IMG/VR virus record: IMGVR_UViG_3300032285_001177
DNA length: 64,000 nucleotides
From: a virus
Reading direction: 5' to 3' (one strand)
The notes beneath the pieces were generated by a model, which searched no databases, was not told where the DNA came from, and saw nothing but the letters and a program-made list of their open reading frames with translations. Position 1 is the stretch's first letter. Each line of letters opens with the position of its first letter. The translations under genes were made by a program, and so were the position numbers. Of the stretch, positions 44,759-55,286 are shown piece after piece.

Positions 44759-45355
44759 TTAGATGTTGATTGGGAATGAACCTAATGGAGTATTAACTGT
44801 TGTAGTTACTCCAAAGTTCGAACCAGCTGTACTTGTATCTGATGTCCAGTAGTTGTAAACAAACTCACACTCAAAGATTTCAATTTGGTTAACTGTATCG
44901 TAGTCAACAGCGATTGGACCAACTGTAACTGGATAAGCGTCATGGAACTTATAAGCCTTGACAACTGCACCATTACGATCTAGTTGGAATACTTGTAGAT
45001 CCACTTGGTAATCACGCGGATTAGTACGACCGTTTGTTTGACTATTGTTTTGAATACCATCTGACCATTTTTCCATCGCATTACGGATGTTAAATGTTGT
45101 GTCATTGTAGACTGATACAGTCCATGGTTGGAATACCTTTTCACCCGCAAAGTTAACAGCGCGACCACGGTATTGGATAGGCATGTTCTCAATGTTTGCA
45201 GCTGGCAATGAAGCAGCTTTACATAAGAACTGTGATTGCAATCCAATGGCAGGTCCACCAACAACAAATGAAGGGAATGTTAATTGCACTTGGAACTGGT
45301 TGGCGCGTGCTCCGCCACCAACTAGTTGTGCTTTAAAATCGCTAATGTTTGCCAT
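44759..45355 (-). CDS. 19: Tail tube protein (gp19)
   Basis: GGARANQF, CKAASLP, WTVSVYND, AYP. Confidence 0.92.
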   Translation of the reverse strand: MANISDFKAQLVGGGARANQFQVQLTFPSFVVGGPAIGLQSQFLCKAASLPAANIENMPIQYRGRAVNFAGEKVFQPWTVSVYNDTTFNIRNAMEKWSDGIQNNSQTNGRTNPRDYQVDLQVFQLDRNGAVVKAYKFHDAYPVTVGPIAVDYDTVNQIEIFECEFVYNYWTSDTSTAGSNFGVTTTVNTPLGSFPINI

Positions 45356-45380
45356 ATTTTATCCTTTATTTTTCCTTTAT

Positions 45381-45388
45381 TATTTATA
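45381..45388 (-). promoter_or_regulatory. Late promoter
   Basis: TATAAATA. Confidence 0.75.
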
Positions 45389-45390
45389 TG

Positions 45391-47379
45391 CTATGCACCA
45401 ATTTCACTGAACGCTACTGAAGATCTAGCAGCAACAAAGTTCAATGTAATGAAGTTGATGGAGCGGTTAGGTTTAATATAGATATCGGCAACAAACTCGT
45501 TACGATCGATTACTTCACCTGTATTGTTTGTATCATCACAAACTACACGGAAGTCTGTAACACCGCGTCTACCTTGTACATCTCTTAAGAACGGCTCTAC
45601 TAAATTCTTGAACTGAGCTCTTGTGAATGCATCGTTAAATTCAAATAATTGATATTTAGATGCTGTAGCAATTGCTTTTTCAAGTACAATGAATAGTCTA
45701 CGTACGTTGATACGATCAAATGCGCTAGGTTTAGCAAGCAATGTCTTATCACCGAAGAGAACTGTACCTTGACCTGGGAAGTTAACAACTGGGTTAACAC
45801 CACCTTTATAAAGGTTATCACGTTCTGTTTTACCTGGATTAACAGCAAGCTTAACAACGTTCTTGATTTGACCACGGTTTAGACCAGCTGGTGACCACCA
45901 TGGATCATTTGTGTAATCTGTACGAGCAGATAAACCAGCAACGTCACCGTTGAGTGGAACCCAACGATACTTATCGTTGTATCTGTCATATTGATACTTA
46001 AAGCCAGAATCTAACACAGCGTATGATGAGCTAGGTAATGCTTGACGGTATGTCAAGATAGCATTAGTTGCATCTGAACCAGAACCGATGATGATATCAC
46101 CTGTTGAGTTATTTTGTGGAGATGCAAACACTACGCAATCAAGTCTTTCTTCAGCTACGTTGTTGATAACGTATGTAGCTACAGTTGAAGATACTTTACC
46201 TAGTGGGATCAATGAAACATCATATTGTTCTGCGTTAGCAAACAATGCGTATGCATTCATTAGTTGACCATCTGTTGGGTTTAAGTCATCAACACCACCT
46301 GATAGTGATTTTGTAACAGCATCTTGAAGATCTTTAAATGCAACACCCGCTGCAGCTTGACCCCAAGCTTGACCGCTTGAACCTTGGCCATGAACTGTTG
46401 AAACTACTGATGTTGTATGATCCATCCACCAGATATATTTAGATTGTGAGTTGATCACATCTTTATAGTAGTTGTTTGTACCATCTGATTTTTTAGCGTC
46501 TGAAGCTTTTGAAACAAAAGCAAATTTTTCTAATACTGTACCAGCAGTGCCAGACCATGTACCGTCTTCGTCGATAACTAATACATGTAGTTCATCGTTT
46601 GAACCAGCAACACCAGCTGCATAAGTTGAAGTACCTGGAGCAGAGTCAAACTCAGCTTCGTAGATACCTTTTGATTCGCCTGATGGGATACCGCCCCAAC
46701 CAGCATACTTTGTTGAGTCAGCCATAGAAACTTTTAATCCGTTACCTAAAGCACCTGGGTATTTAGCAGCCCATTCACCAACAACACCTTCGCCATGAGC
46801 GTATGATGCAGAGTATACATCAAAGTTGTTGATCTTGATACCTGAAGTAGTGATAGCTGAATGTGCTGTAGCACGTGTACCAGATGAAGTAGCGATAGTA
46901 ACTGTTGGTGCAGCTGTATAACCTGTACCTGGATTATCGATAACGATATGATCTACGCCATCTGAAACTAATACTGCATGAGCTGTAGCTTGGATACCAC
47001 CAGTAACGTTTGGTGCACCGATTTGTACTGAAGGAGCAGTTACATATGAGTCACCATGTAAGTCCATAGTGATACTAGTTACTGTACCTGTTTGTGTAAC
47101 CACTGCGTTTCTGTTGCCGTTTGTATCAGCACGAACTGTCAATAGGTTATTTGTATATGCAAGGAAATTTGCTGCAGTGAAGAATGATTGTGCTGTTGCA
47201 TCTGTTGGTTTGCCAAAACGTTGGACCAAAACAACTTCTGATGAAATAGTAACAGGATCAAGTACTGGACCCCATGTGAACGCACCGGCAAAAGCACCAG
47301 CAGATGTTGAAACCGCTGGAATGATACCTGAAAAGTCTTTCTCGACTACCGCAACTCCTGGAGATAATTGGAACGGCAT
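45391..47379 (-). CDS. 18: Tail sheath protein (gp18)
   Basis: LSPGV, WWSPAG, FGDKT, INVRRLF, FEFND. Confidence 0.95.
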   Translation of the reverse strand: MPFQLSPGVAVVEKDFSGIIPAVSTSAGAFAGAFTWGPVLDPVTISSEVVLVQRFGKPTDATAQSFFTAANFLAYTNNLLTVRADTNGNRNAVVTQTGTVTSITMDLHGDSYVTAPSVQIGAPNVTGGIQATAHAVLVSDGVDHIVIDNPGTGYTAAPTVTIATSSGTRATAHSAITTSGIKINNFDVYSASYAHGEGVVGEWAAKYPGALGNGLKVSMADSTKYAGWGGIPSGESKGIYEAEFDSAPGTSTYAAGVAGSNDELHVLVIDEDGTWSGTAGTVLEKFAFVSKASDAKKSDGTNNYYKDVINSQSKYIWWMDHTTSVVSTVHGQGSSGQAWGQAAAGVAFKDLQDAVTKSLSGGVDDLNPTDGQLMNAYALFANAEQYDVSLIPLGKVSSTVATYVINNVAEERLDCVVFASPQNNSTGDIIIGSGSDATNAILTYRQALPSSSYAVLDSGFKYQYDRYNDKYRWVPLNGDVAGLSARTDYTNDPWWSPAGLNRGQIKNVVKLAVNPGKTERDNLYKGGVNPVVNFPGQGTVLFGDKTLLAKPSAFDRINVRRLFIVLEKAIATASKYQLFEFNDAFTRAQFKNLVEPFLRDVQGRRGVTDFRVVCDDTNNTGEVIDRNEFVADIYIKPNRSINFITLNFVAARSSVAFSEIGA

Positions 47380-47442
47380 TTTTGTTTCTCCTTAAATTAT
47401 GTGTTTTTTATGATATAAGTTCTAGAGTCACCTCTATACCTA

Positions 47443-47450
47443 TATTTATA
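47443..47450 (-). promoter_or_regulatory. Late promoter
   Basis: TATAAATA. Confidence 0.75.
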
Positions 47451-47454
47451 AGTT

Positions 47455-49041
47455 CTAAAAATTCAATAGGACCTGAGAGTCCTGCATACCCTGTCCATCA
47501 TCATAGAATCCAAAGGGGGTAAGCTCATCTTCTATCTGTTTAATACGATTCTCATACATTATCTCTCTCATGTTTATATTATTGAGTTCTTTAAAGTATG
47601 GGTTTGTTGTCAACCAACTAAATAACACTAATGTCATAACCAAGTCATCATGATAACCTTCATCAGCTTCGTATGAGCCTTTATTGTTCTCGATGAAGGT
47701 TGAGATCTCAGCAATGGTGTCTATGTCCTGTACAAGCAACTTATTCTCTTCCACCAGAGACTTGAAATTCATACAACCAATTCGTTTTACTTTCTTATCA
47801 GTATTTACCCCTAGCTGAGTTTTACCTCCACCAAAGCCACCTGATACTACCTGACCGTCCACGCCTCTATTGACAAACAATAGGTTATCATATTCCATCT
47901 CACCGTATAAGATCATGGCAACTTGCTCTGAGGAGTTAACCTCTAACAATACGTATGCTTTATTATATTCTGTTGCTACTTTATATATGACTGATGGGAA
48001 TAGCATAGGACTAATACTGTTGTCTCTATACTTTGCCACCTGTCTGTATGGTGCAGCTGTTACATCTATGATAGAAAAGGCTGAGAAGTCTCCTCCCACA
48101 CCCTTTGCAGTATCTGCAACTAGCACATAACTGTGATCCTTAACCGGTCTTTCATACACATCAAGGCCATCCTTACTATGTATAATGAAGCCCGCAGACA
48201 TCCTCCCGATCACATCCGCACGCACCAGAGTGAGTGCAGAACCAAGGAAGTTACACATAACCTCTTGGTTGTATTTTAGTTCACCAAGCTGTCTCCTTTG
48301 TTCCTCTGCCCATTTTTCATTCCTACCTGGGATAGAAGTATATGGTATAAACAATGGAACGAAGTCGTTACGTTTATTCTCAGCATCGTTCCAAAACTTC
48401 CAAAAGTGGTTGTAACCCAACGGAGTGGAACTTAATAAGATCTTTGTCGTTTCACCCGCAGATATCGTAGGATAAACTGAAGTGAAGAAGTCTTCTGCTA
48501 CGTTATTAGGTATGATCGCAGCTTCGTCGACATATAGCATGTTAACAGATTTACCGCGGATACCAGATGCAGACGTTGCTGCTGTGAATACTTTAGAATT
48601 ATTCTCAAGCTCGATGTCACCTTTATTCCAAGTAGTTACACCTTGTTGTAACCAGATTGGAAGGTTCTCATACATTAACTGATACCTGTATAAGACCTCA
48701 CGGGCGGCGGTGGCTTTGTTTGCCAAGATCGCGACTTGTTTCGATTCTTGAAATAGGGTATACCATAAAATATATGCTGCACTAGTTGTCGTCTTACCTT
48801 GTTGACGACCTTCCATAAGGATAACTTTTCTATTCTCATGTATTACCTTCACCTTTTCCTTTTGGCACTCATACAACTTAAAGTCTATAAGACCATGGTC
48901 TAGTGATATGATCTTACAGTAGTTCTCAATAAAATAGATTGGATCAGCAGCACACTTCATGTACTCTTTAACTTGATCCTCAGTAAAAGGTATGTTTACA
49001 CCGGCTGCCTTTAACTGACTATTGGCATTATAGTTCTTCAT
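47455..49041 (-). CDS. 17: Terminase large subunit (gp17)
   Basis: GRQQGKTT, YVDEAA, SSTPLG, DTAKGVGGD, HDDLVM. Confidence 0.96.
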   Translation of the reverse strand: MKNYNANSQLKAAGVNIPFTEDQVKEYMKCAADPIYFIENYCKIISLDHGLIDFKLYECQKEKVKVIHENRKVILMEGRQQGKTTTSAAYILWYTLFQESKQVAILANKATAAREVLYRYQLMYENLPIWLQQGVTTWNKGDIELENNSKVFTAATSASGIRGKSVNMLYVDEAAIIPNNVAEDFFTSVYPTISAGETTKILLSSTPLGYNHFWKFWNDAENKRNDFVPLFIPYTSIPGRNEKWAEEQRRQLGELKYNQEVMCNFLGSALTLVRADVIGRMSAGFIIHSKDGLDVYERPVKDHSYVLVADTAKGVGGDFSAFSIIDVTAAPYRQVAKYRDNSISPMLFPSVIYKVATEYNKAYVLLEVNSSEQVAMILYGEMEYDNLLFVNRGVDGQVVSGGFGGGKTQLGVNTDKKVKRIGCMNFKSLVEENKLLVQDIDTIAEISTFIENNKGSYEADEGYHDDLVMTLVLFSWLTTNPYFKELNNINMREIMYENRIKQIEDELTPFGFYDDGQGMQDSQVLLNF

Positions 49042-49772
49042 TAGAACTGAGCTTCCCAATTCTCTGTAACTGGATCAGCTATACCACCTGTTGCTGTGGC
49101 AGTATACTTCCTACCAGGAATTGATATATTTGCATTTGTAGTAAGGATAACACCGTTCTCTGACACTGGCCCGTATATGTTTGTCTTAAGCGTGAACGTA
49201 AGTGTATGTACTACGAATCGTCTTTCTTGGAAAGATCCATCATAGTTGTCTTCTACAGTAATAGAGTTTAAGATAACTGGGATATCCTGTACTATCTCCA
49301 TCTCTGGAACTGCATTGATTGATAGTGTATATTCTGGGTTGAAGATCGGTAAGATCTGTTCTACGATCTGCATCGCATCTTCTTGTGTTTTTGTTAGTAC
49401 ATATAAACTGATGTCGATATTATATGGAGCTGGAGCAAACACTGTCTTTGCTGTAGGACTTGCATTAGTTGTTGCATCTTTACATGTAATCTGGTTCATC
49501 TTGTTTGTCTTACGTGATGAATCATAATGATATCCAGTTATCTCAAATGATAACCTTGGTAGAGATGTGTATACGTTGTTTGTTAATGTTGGGTCTGAAT
49601 CAACACGTACCAACCATTTTTCTTTTGGAGCATAAGCAAGAGGCACTGCAACTGTTTGAGCAACATTTCCATCATTGCCTTGTCTAGCTATCTTGATGTC
49701 AGAGAATAAACGACCAAAGGCAATGATCGTCTTTCTAATAGCTCCGTGGTAATAGGTTTGTCCGTTAAGCAT
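49041..49772 (-). CDS. 15: Tail sheath stabiliser / terminator (gp15)
   Basis: FGRLF, VPLAYAPKEK, LPRLSFE, QIVEQILPIF. Confidence 0.92.
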   Translation of the reverse strand: MLNGQTYYHGAIRKTIIAFGRLFSDIKIARQGNDGNVAQTVAVPLAYAPKEKWLVRVDSDPTLTNNVYTSLPRLSFEITGYHYDSSRKTNKMNQITCKDATTNASPTAKTVFAPAPYNIDISLYVLTKTQEDAMQIVEQILPIFNPEYTLSINAVPEMEIVQDIPVILNSITVEDNYDGSFQERRFVVHTLTFTLKTNIYGPVSENGVILTTNANISIPGRKYTATATGGIADPVTENWEAQF

Positions 49773-50848
49773 TATGGTGCCTTATGATATGTTGAGAGTT
49801 CACCAAATGGGTTGCTCTCATTGAATATAACAGATTCAGCTTCTTCTTTAAACTTATTGTTATCGCCGAATGAGTTACCTTGATTGTCAAGGTTAGATAT
49901 GATTGCTGTAGCTACACATCCATTTGGATATCCACCACCTGCAACAACTACTAAAGGCGGTTTTGTATAACCAGATCCTGCATTGTCCACTGATATCTTA
50001 ACAACTTGACCAGATGATATTGGTTCATCACCAAGATATGCTGTAGCTGTGGCTCTATAGCCAAAGAATTGTAATGTTGCTGTACCATTTACTGCAATAC
50101 TACCAGTATGAGTAGGACCATTTGCGCCCGTAATACCCGCGATCGTACAGATATATCTACGACCTCCAAAGCAGGCTTCATCCCCAACTGCGATAGCAGT
50201 ATTAGCAATCCAATCAGATCCGATAGTTACAGCTGGCGCAGTTGCATATCCGCCACCATGATACTGGATATTGAAACCTGTAACTGTACCGTTCGGCACT
50301 TTATCCACATCAAAAGTCTTGAGTGACTCGAACGTATCGATCTCTTTGATACCTGTTTGGATATGCTCTGAAGCATATTGGAATAATTCAACTTGTAGTT
50401 TGTAAACGTATAGTTTACCAGCCTGATAGAATGGGTCTTGATGTGTAACGAACTTGATCTCAAACAATCCACCAGTTAGCGGGAAGTATAATAGATCACC
50501 TTCAGCAGGTCTATTTGGTAATATGGATAAGCCATGTTGACCAACGAGTTGTTCCCATTTACGGCGAGCTACTGTAAGCGTAGCACTTTGTTCCATCATG
50601 AGGCCAAACTTTTGAATGAATGCGCCTTGACCCTCAAAGCCATCATGTGTTTCTAGGTACATCTCAATGCCATAAGCATACTTAAACTTAGATAGACGGT
50701 CTTCACCTAAGATCTCATCTTTGCCAACTAATGTACGTGGGATATAATAGAAGTCTTGACCGTAGATCGAGATAGACTCTACTATGATGTCCTCATAGAG
50801 CAATTGCTCGGATCTTACTCCGTTTGAAAAGTATACTGAACGAGCCAT
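49772..50848 (-). CDS. 14: Neck protein (gp14) with inserted domains
   Basis: GQDFYYIPR, RPAEGDLLYFP, PFYQAGK, FNESNPFG. Confidence 0.9.
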   Translation of the reverse strand: MARSVYFSNGVRSEQLLYEDIIVESISIYGQDFYYIPRTLVGKDEILGEDRLSKFKYAYGIEMYLETHDGFEGQGAFIQKFGLMMEQSATLTVARRKWEQLVGQHGLSILPNRPAEGDLLYFPLTGGLFEIKFVTHQDPFYQAGKLYVYKLQVELFQYASEHIQTGIKEIDTFESLKTFDVDKVPNGTVTGFNIQYHGGGYATAPAVTIGSDWIANTAIAVGDEACFGGRRYICTIAGITGANGPTHTGSIAVNGTATLQFFGYRATATAYLGDEPISSGQVVKISVDNAGSGYTKPPLVVVAGGGYPNGCVATAIISNLDNQGNSFGDNNKFKEEAESVIFNESNPFGELSTYHKAP

Positions 50849-50849
50849 G

Positions 50850-51863
50850 TTATCCTAAGAAGAATTCGAGAGGCGCTGCTTTGTTTAGCATCTCGTCTTG
50901 TAATTCTTTTATCTCTGTAATAGCTTCAGCGTATAGCTTATCTCCATCGATAGTTACGCCACCTGGTAGTTGGATTCCTTGGAACTTCTTGATATTTGTA
51001 GCCCATTGACGTTTAAACAATGCTGTCACATAGTGTCTAAACCATGGTTCATTCCATACTTTAGAGAATGTTGTAGGATCTAATGCTCTATAGCATTCAA
51101 CCAATATAAAGTCACCCATAGTGAGAGCTGCATCCCAATTGATATCAAGACTCAATCTACCCATCATACGGTTAAACCTATATAGAGGATATCCATTAAG
51201 TTCAAGATTAAGCAGAGAGATATGTTGCATAACCGTCTTATAGTAGATCAATGACGTTGAAGTCAAGTCATATAAGTCGTTAAGTCTTAGTTGGTATTGT
51301 AAGTCAAAGAGGTTCTTTGAGCTGGATGCTGCTGAGAATGGGATAACTCTTGTTACGCCATAGATGTAATCAGGAATAGGGAAATACTTAAGGTCGTATG
51401 TACCTAACGTTACGCCATCCGCATGGACAACTGCTGTAGCACCATTATCACCAGTAATAGTTTCACCTGGGATAAATGCAGCAGATGTTGTAGAGTTAAA
51501 CACATGGTGTTGGATAGTCTGTTCATTTGCAATAGTTACACTCTTACATATGATGATGTTCTCAACTGCGGCCCTTCCGCTTTCACCACACACGACAGCT
51601 GTAGCACCAGAAGTGGAGCCAGTTATCTTTGTACTTTGTGGGAAGTCTGCTGAGTTTGTGCCTACGATCTTAATGGTAGAAGCTGTAATCTTTTGTTTAA
51701 GATACATGCGTTCTGCACCATCAAAGTGATATTGGTTCCAATAGTCGAGAGCTTCATCGATACGCTCCTCTAATTGAGAGTCATCAACGTTGATCTCAAC
51801 TACTGGTTCACCCAAGGCCCTAAGGCAATATTCTGTTAATCCTGCTCTACTTGTAACGGCCAT
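50850..51863 (-). CDS. 13: Neck protein (gp13)
   Basis: LRALGEPVVEINV, YHFDG, QLPGGVTIDG. Confidence 0.9.
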   Translation of the reverse strand: MAVTSRAGLTEYCLRALGEPVVEINVDDSQLEERIDEALDYWNQYHFDGAERMYLKQKITASTIKIVGTNSADFPQSTKITGSTSGATAVVCGESGRAAVENIIICKSVTIANEQTIQHHVFNSTTSAAFIPGETITGDNGATAVVHADGVTLGTYDLKYFPIPDYIYGVTRVIPFSAASSSKNLFDLQYQLRLNDLYDLTSTSLIYYKTVMQHISLLNLELNGYPLYRFNRMMGRLSLDINWDAALTMGDFILVECYRALDPTTFSKVWNEPWFRHYVTALFKRQWATNIKKFQGIQLPGGVTIDGDKLYAEAITEIKELQDEMLNKAAPLEFFLG

Positions 51864-51887
51864 TTTGTGTTCCTAGTTATATTATAC

Positions 51888-51901
51888 TATTTATATTTAT
51901 A
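51888..51901 (-). promoter_or_regulatory. Two overlapping late promoters
   Basis: TATAAATATAAATA. Confidence 0.75.
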
Positions 51902-51924
51902 ATAGGTTCAAAACGGCCGATGCA

Positions 51925-53610
51925 TTAAGCTTTCTTAAGGATCATCACGTTGTTAACGAACCAACCCATATGATAGCCTTGACGGCAGTAGTTGATCAGT
52001 TGGTCTTTAAGCTCAACGTCTTCAACTAAACCTTTTGCAAGGAACTTATCAAGCCAATATTGGCGAGGACGACAGTTAATATGTCCAACTCCACCTTGAC
52101 CAGGTTTTGCTGCAGTAAAGATCAATGTACCACCAGATTCGATAGTGTTGAATACACCATCAACGATCTTGTCATTATGCATTGGATCCATATGTTCTGC
52201 AACTTCAAACATGATAACGCAATCAGCTTGTCTTGTACCATCAAGTGTTAGCATATCTGCATAGGTGATAAGGTTCTTACCATCTACACGAGGATCAATA
52301 TCTAAACCTTCAGCGTTAACACCAATATCATCAAGCGAATAGACATACATGCCAGGACCACAACCAATGTCGAATACCTTTTTAGGGTTTACAACATCTT
52401 TGATCCATGATGCGATACGGTTTGCAAATGGTTTCTCTTCAGCTTCGATAGCTGGATAGTCGATCAGATCTGGATAGCGTGGATAATGCTTCTTAGCATA
52501 GTCCATGTTACTACGCCATGGATTCTCTTCGTACCAGCCTTGACCACCATGGATATTAAGTACAGCTTGGAAGTACTCTTCATACATACCAGCTACCTTC
52601 TCAAGCGAGAAGTTTCTTAATGCCCAATCACGGCAGTCTTGAGGACTAATCTTATCGATGTTCTTAAGTGCCCACACAAACTCTTCCATAGTACGGCAAC
52701 GGTAACCTGTAACACCATGGATATTGTTCTCTGTGAATGAACCCCAATCGGTAGTAATCGTTGGTGTACCAGAGAATAAGTTCTCGATCTGTACTCCACC
52801 GAACGGTTCAACATACATTGAAGCAACGAAAGATACTTTAGCTTTTGCCATTAGTTCTTTACGCATCTCTACGTCAGCATAACCAATGAACTCAACGTGT
52901 TTTGGGATCTCTTTATAACCACATGCTTCAAGGTTATTTTGACCAGCAACCTTAAGCTTCATACCTGCACGCTCAGTTGCCTGGATAGCGATATGGATAC
53001 CTTTACCTTCATAGACACGACCTAAGAATAAGCAGTAGTCTTCTTTTTCTTCAGGAGCAAACCTAAAGTCATCAGGATCAAAGTAGTTAGGGATAACAAC
53101 ATCATAGAAGTTTTGTTTACACATGCCAACCGCTTCAAGACCATAGTATGCATGCATGATAGCATAAGATTCAAAGATCTTAAACTTAGCCCAATGGCCA
53201 CCTGCATAACCAATACCAGGTTCAACGCAGATTAGATCTGGATGTGCATCACAGATTGGTCTTGTACCAGAACCCCAGAATGGAAGGATAAAGTCGTTCT
53301 TTTGTTTACGAAGACCTACTTCACGGATAGCGTTCTTATAGAACTCTTGATAGGCATGATCGCCTGTATTGAACTTGAAGAAGTTCTTACGCCAATCATA
53401 AGAACCATATGCGATCTCAAGGTCTTTGTTGGTTGTTACTGTAACATGTTCTGTACATGGTACATCTGATTCTTCATGACCGTAGTGGATAACTTCATGA
53501 CCACGTTCAGTCATCATCTTACCAAACTTCCACACCTTCTGTGTATAAGCGCAAGCTACATACTCTTTAGATGTTACCGTATGAGGCAGACCTAAAATAT
53601 GAAATCTCAT
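51925..53610 (-). CDS. GT-B (GT4-like) glycosyltransferase fused to class I SAM methyltransferase
   Basis: FLGRV..GKG, EPFGGVQIE; C-terminal FDIGCGPG, FEVAEH. Confidence 0.85.
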   Translation of the reverse strand: MRFHILGLPHTVTSKEYVACAYTQKVWKFGKMMTERGHEVIHYGHEESDVPCTEHVTVTTNKDLEIAYGSYDWRKNFFKFNTGDHAYQEFYKNAIREVGLRKQKNDFILPFWGSGTRPICDAHPDLICVEPGIGYAGGHWAKFKIFESYAIMHAYYGLEAVGMCKQNFYDVVIPNYFDPDDFRFAPEEKEDYCLFLGRVYEGKGIHIAIQATERAGMKLKVAGQNNLEACGYKEIPKHVEFIGYADVEMRKELMAKAKVSFVASMYVEPFGGVQIENLFSGTPTITTDWGSFTENNIHGVTGYRCRTMEEFVWALKNIDKISPQDCRDWALRNFSLEKVAGMYEEYFQAVLNIHGGQGWYEENPWRSNMDYAKKHYPRYPDLIDYPAIEAEEKPFANRIASWIKDVVNPKKVFDIGCGPGMYVYSLDDIGVNAEGLDIDPRVDGKNLITYADMLTLDGTRQADCVIMFEVAEHMDPMHNDKIVDGVFNTIESGGTLIFTAAKPGQGGVGHINCRPRQYWLDKFLAKGLVEDVELKDQLINYCRQGYHMGWFVNNVMILKKA

Positions 53611-55229
53611 TTTCTACTCCTAATATTATTCAAATAATTATTGATATCCCCATTTGGCATTGCATAACGATGTACAAGTTCTGGGTGCTTCATCTGTACT
53701 ATCGTGTAGATAGCTTCTTCAGTACCGATTGCTCCAGCTTCTAGCGACTTATCGATATATTCAAAGTACTTATCATTAAACTTCTGTATCTGTTCAGGCG
53801 TACCACCAAACAATGTTGCCCTACAGACGTATGATGGTTTTTCTCCAATCAACTCTGTCATCTTATTTATATCATACCCATGGATCTCAGAATCAGTCCA
53901 GTATGGATATGATGTTAGTAAGAAGTTATCCTTCGGCATCTTAAGGAAGTTGTATGTACTGATAGGTTCTCTAACACCAAAACTATTAGAGAATCCAGAA
54001 TCTATCCAATAGAAACGTTTGGATCCCCATGGACGGCCAACAGGATTCTTCTCAGCTACATAAGCCAATAACTCGTTCTTAATAAGAGTTAACGGTATGT
54101 AGTACTTAGATGATATGACTGAGTCCTTCATCCATGCAGATTGGTTTTTCCATTCATCTGTAGAGATAATATCTTGGATAGGTTTAAACCAACGATGGTT
54201 ATCAAGATAATCTGTTGCAAGAGGGAAGCATTGAAGTCTGTTATCAGATGTAGCGATACTTAGTTCTTTACGTCTCTTATATAGGTACTCGTGATGCTCT
54301 TCATCTGCAAAGATAACGAGCGGGTTACGTACAGATAACAGCTTATCTAAACCTTTGATGTAATGCTCAACGAAGTCCCTATCACCTCTATTAAGGTCGA
54401 TCGCCATAGTAACGAGTGTGATGTCACCGGGATAATCATACTTTGGATCAGAGTCCATATAACGATAATCAAAGTATGGTAAAGTTCTATTCTTTTTAAG
54501 TTCTTCGGGGAAGAAGTCATGTGGAACCTTGCTATCGTCTGGTCGTTTACCTTCCATAGCAGAGCACTTATCACCTAGGTGTCTAGAGTATTCACCGTTA
54601 AGGTATGCACCTCTAAAGCCTAACCCACTAAATAAGCGATCGATGTTCCATTCATTATGCCACTTCTCTACACGACCTAACATGATAAGGTCATCGCGGC
54701 GTCTTAGGTTTGGAGATCCAACCCAACAATGCCATGCTAGGTGACCATCAGTGATACGCCATGGTTTCTTATAGAAGAACATATCATCGATGAGTTCCTT
54801 CTCATATGAGTCGATACCTTGGAACTCAAACGTTCTCCATGATGTATCAACGCAACCGATATCACGATACTTCTCTAAGATTTGTTTTGATTGGTTTAGG
54901 TAACCTGGTCGGATAAGTTCCCAGTCATCTTCAAGGTAGAAGATGTATTCACTGTCACAGTAGGATACCATGAAATCCATGGCCCACCATTGTGAACGGT
55001 TACGGGGAAAACATACTACATCGCAGTAATCACCATACTCTTCAACAAGCTTCTCGAATACTCCATCGACAGCAGAGTCATCTACGATCACCATCTTGGT
55101 GATATAGTCTTGTGTGTCATGGAATGATTGAAGAGTCTTAGATAAGACGTCTAGTCTATTACAGGATAGTACGAAGGTTGTTGTGTCTGAATCTGGTTGA
55201 TCAACGGTGTGGATCTTCAATTGTGCCAT
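53607..55229 (-). CDS. GT-A (GT2-like) glycosyltransferase fused to an HtrL/YibB-like domain
   Basis: SCNR, IVDDS, YLEDDW; C-terminal TLVTMAIDLNR, YWIDSG, GTEE. Confidence 0.75.
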   Translation of the reverse strand: MAQLKIHTVDQPDSDTTTFVLSCNRLDVLSKTLQSFHDTQDYITKMVIVDDSAVDGVFEKLVEEYGDYCDVVCFPRNRSQWWAMDFMVSYCDSEYIFYLEDDWELIRPGYLNQSKQILEKYRDIGCVDTSWRTFEFQGIDSYEKELIDDMFFYKKPWRITDGHLAWHCWVGSPNLRRRDDLIMLGRVEKWHNEWNIDRLFSGLGFRGAYLNGEYSRHLGDKCSAMEGKRPDDSKVPHDFFPEELKKNRTLPYFDYRYMDSDPKYDYPGDITLVTMAIDLNRGDRDFVEHYIKGLDKLLSVRNPLVIFADEEHHEYLYKRRKELSIATSDNRLQCFPLATDYLDNHRWFKPIQDIISTDEWKNQSAWMKDSVISSKYYIPLTLIKNELLAYVAEKNPVGRPWGSKRFYWIDSGFSNSFGVREPISTYNFLKMPKDNFLLTSYPYWTDSEIHGYDINKMTELIGEKPSYVCRATLFGGTPEQIQKFNDKYFEYIDKSLEAGAIGTEEAIYTIVQMKHPELVHRYAMPNGDINNYLNNIRSRK

Positions 55230-55252
55230 AAATGTTCCTCAGTTATGATATA

Positions 55253-55281
55253 ATTATACTATAGAGAGTGTTTAATGTAAA
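55253..55281 (-). promoter_or_regulatory. Early-type promoter of the glycosyltransferase pair
   Basis: TTTACA-17 bp-TATAAT. Confidence 0.7.
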
Positions 55282-55286
55282 ATTAT

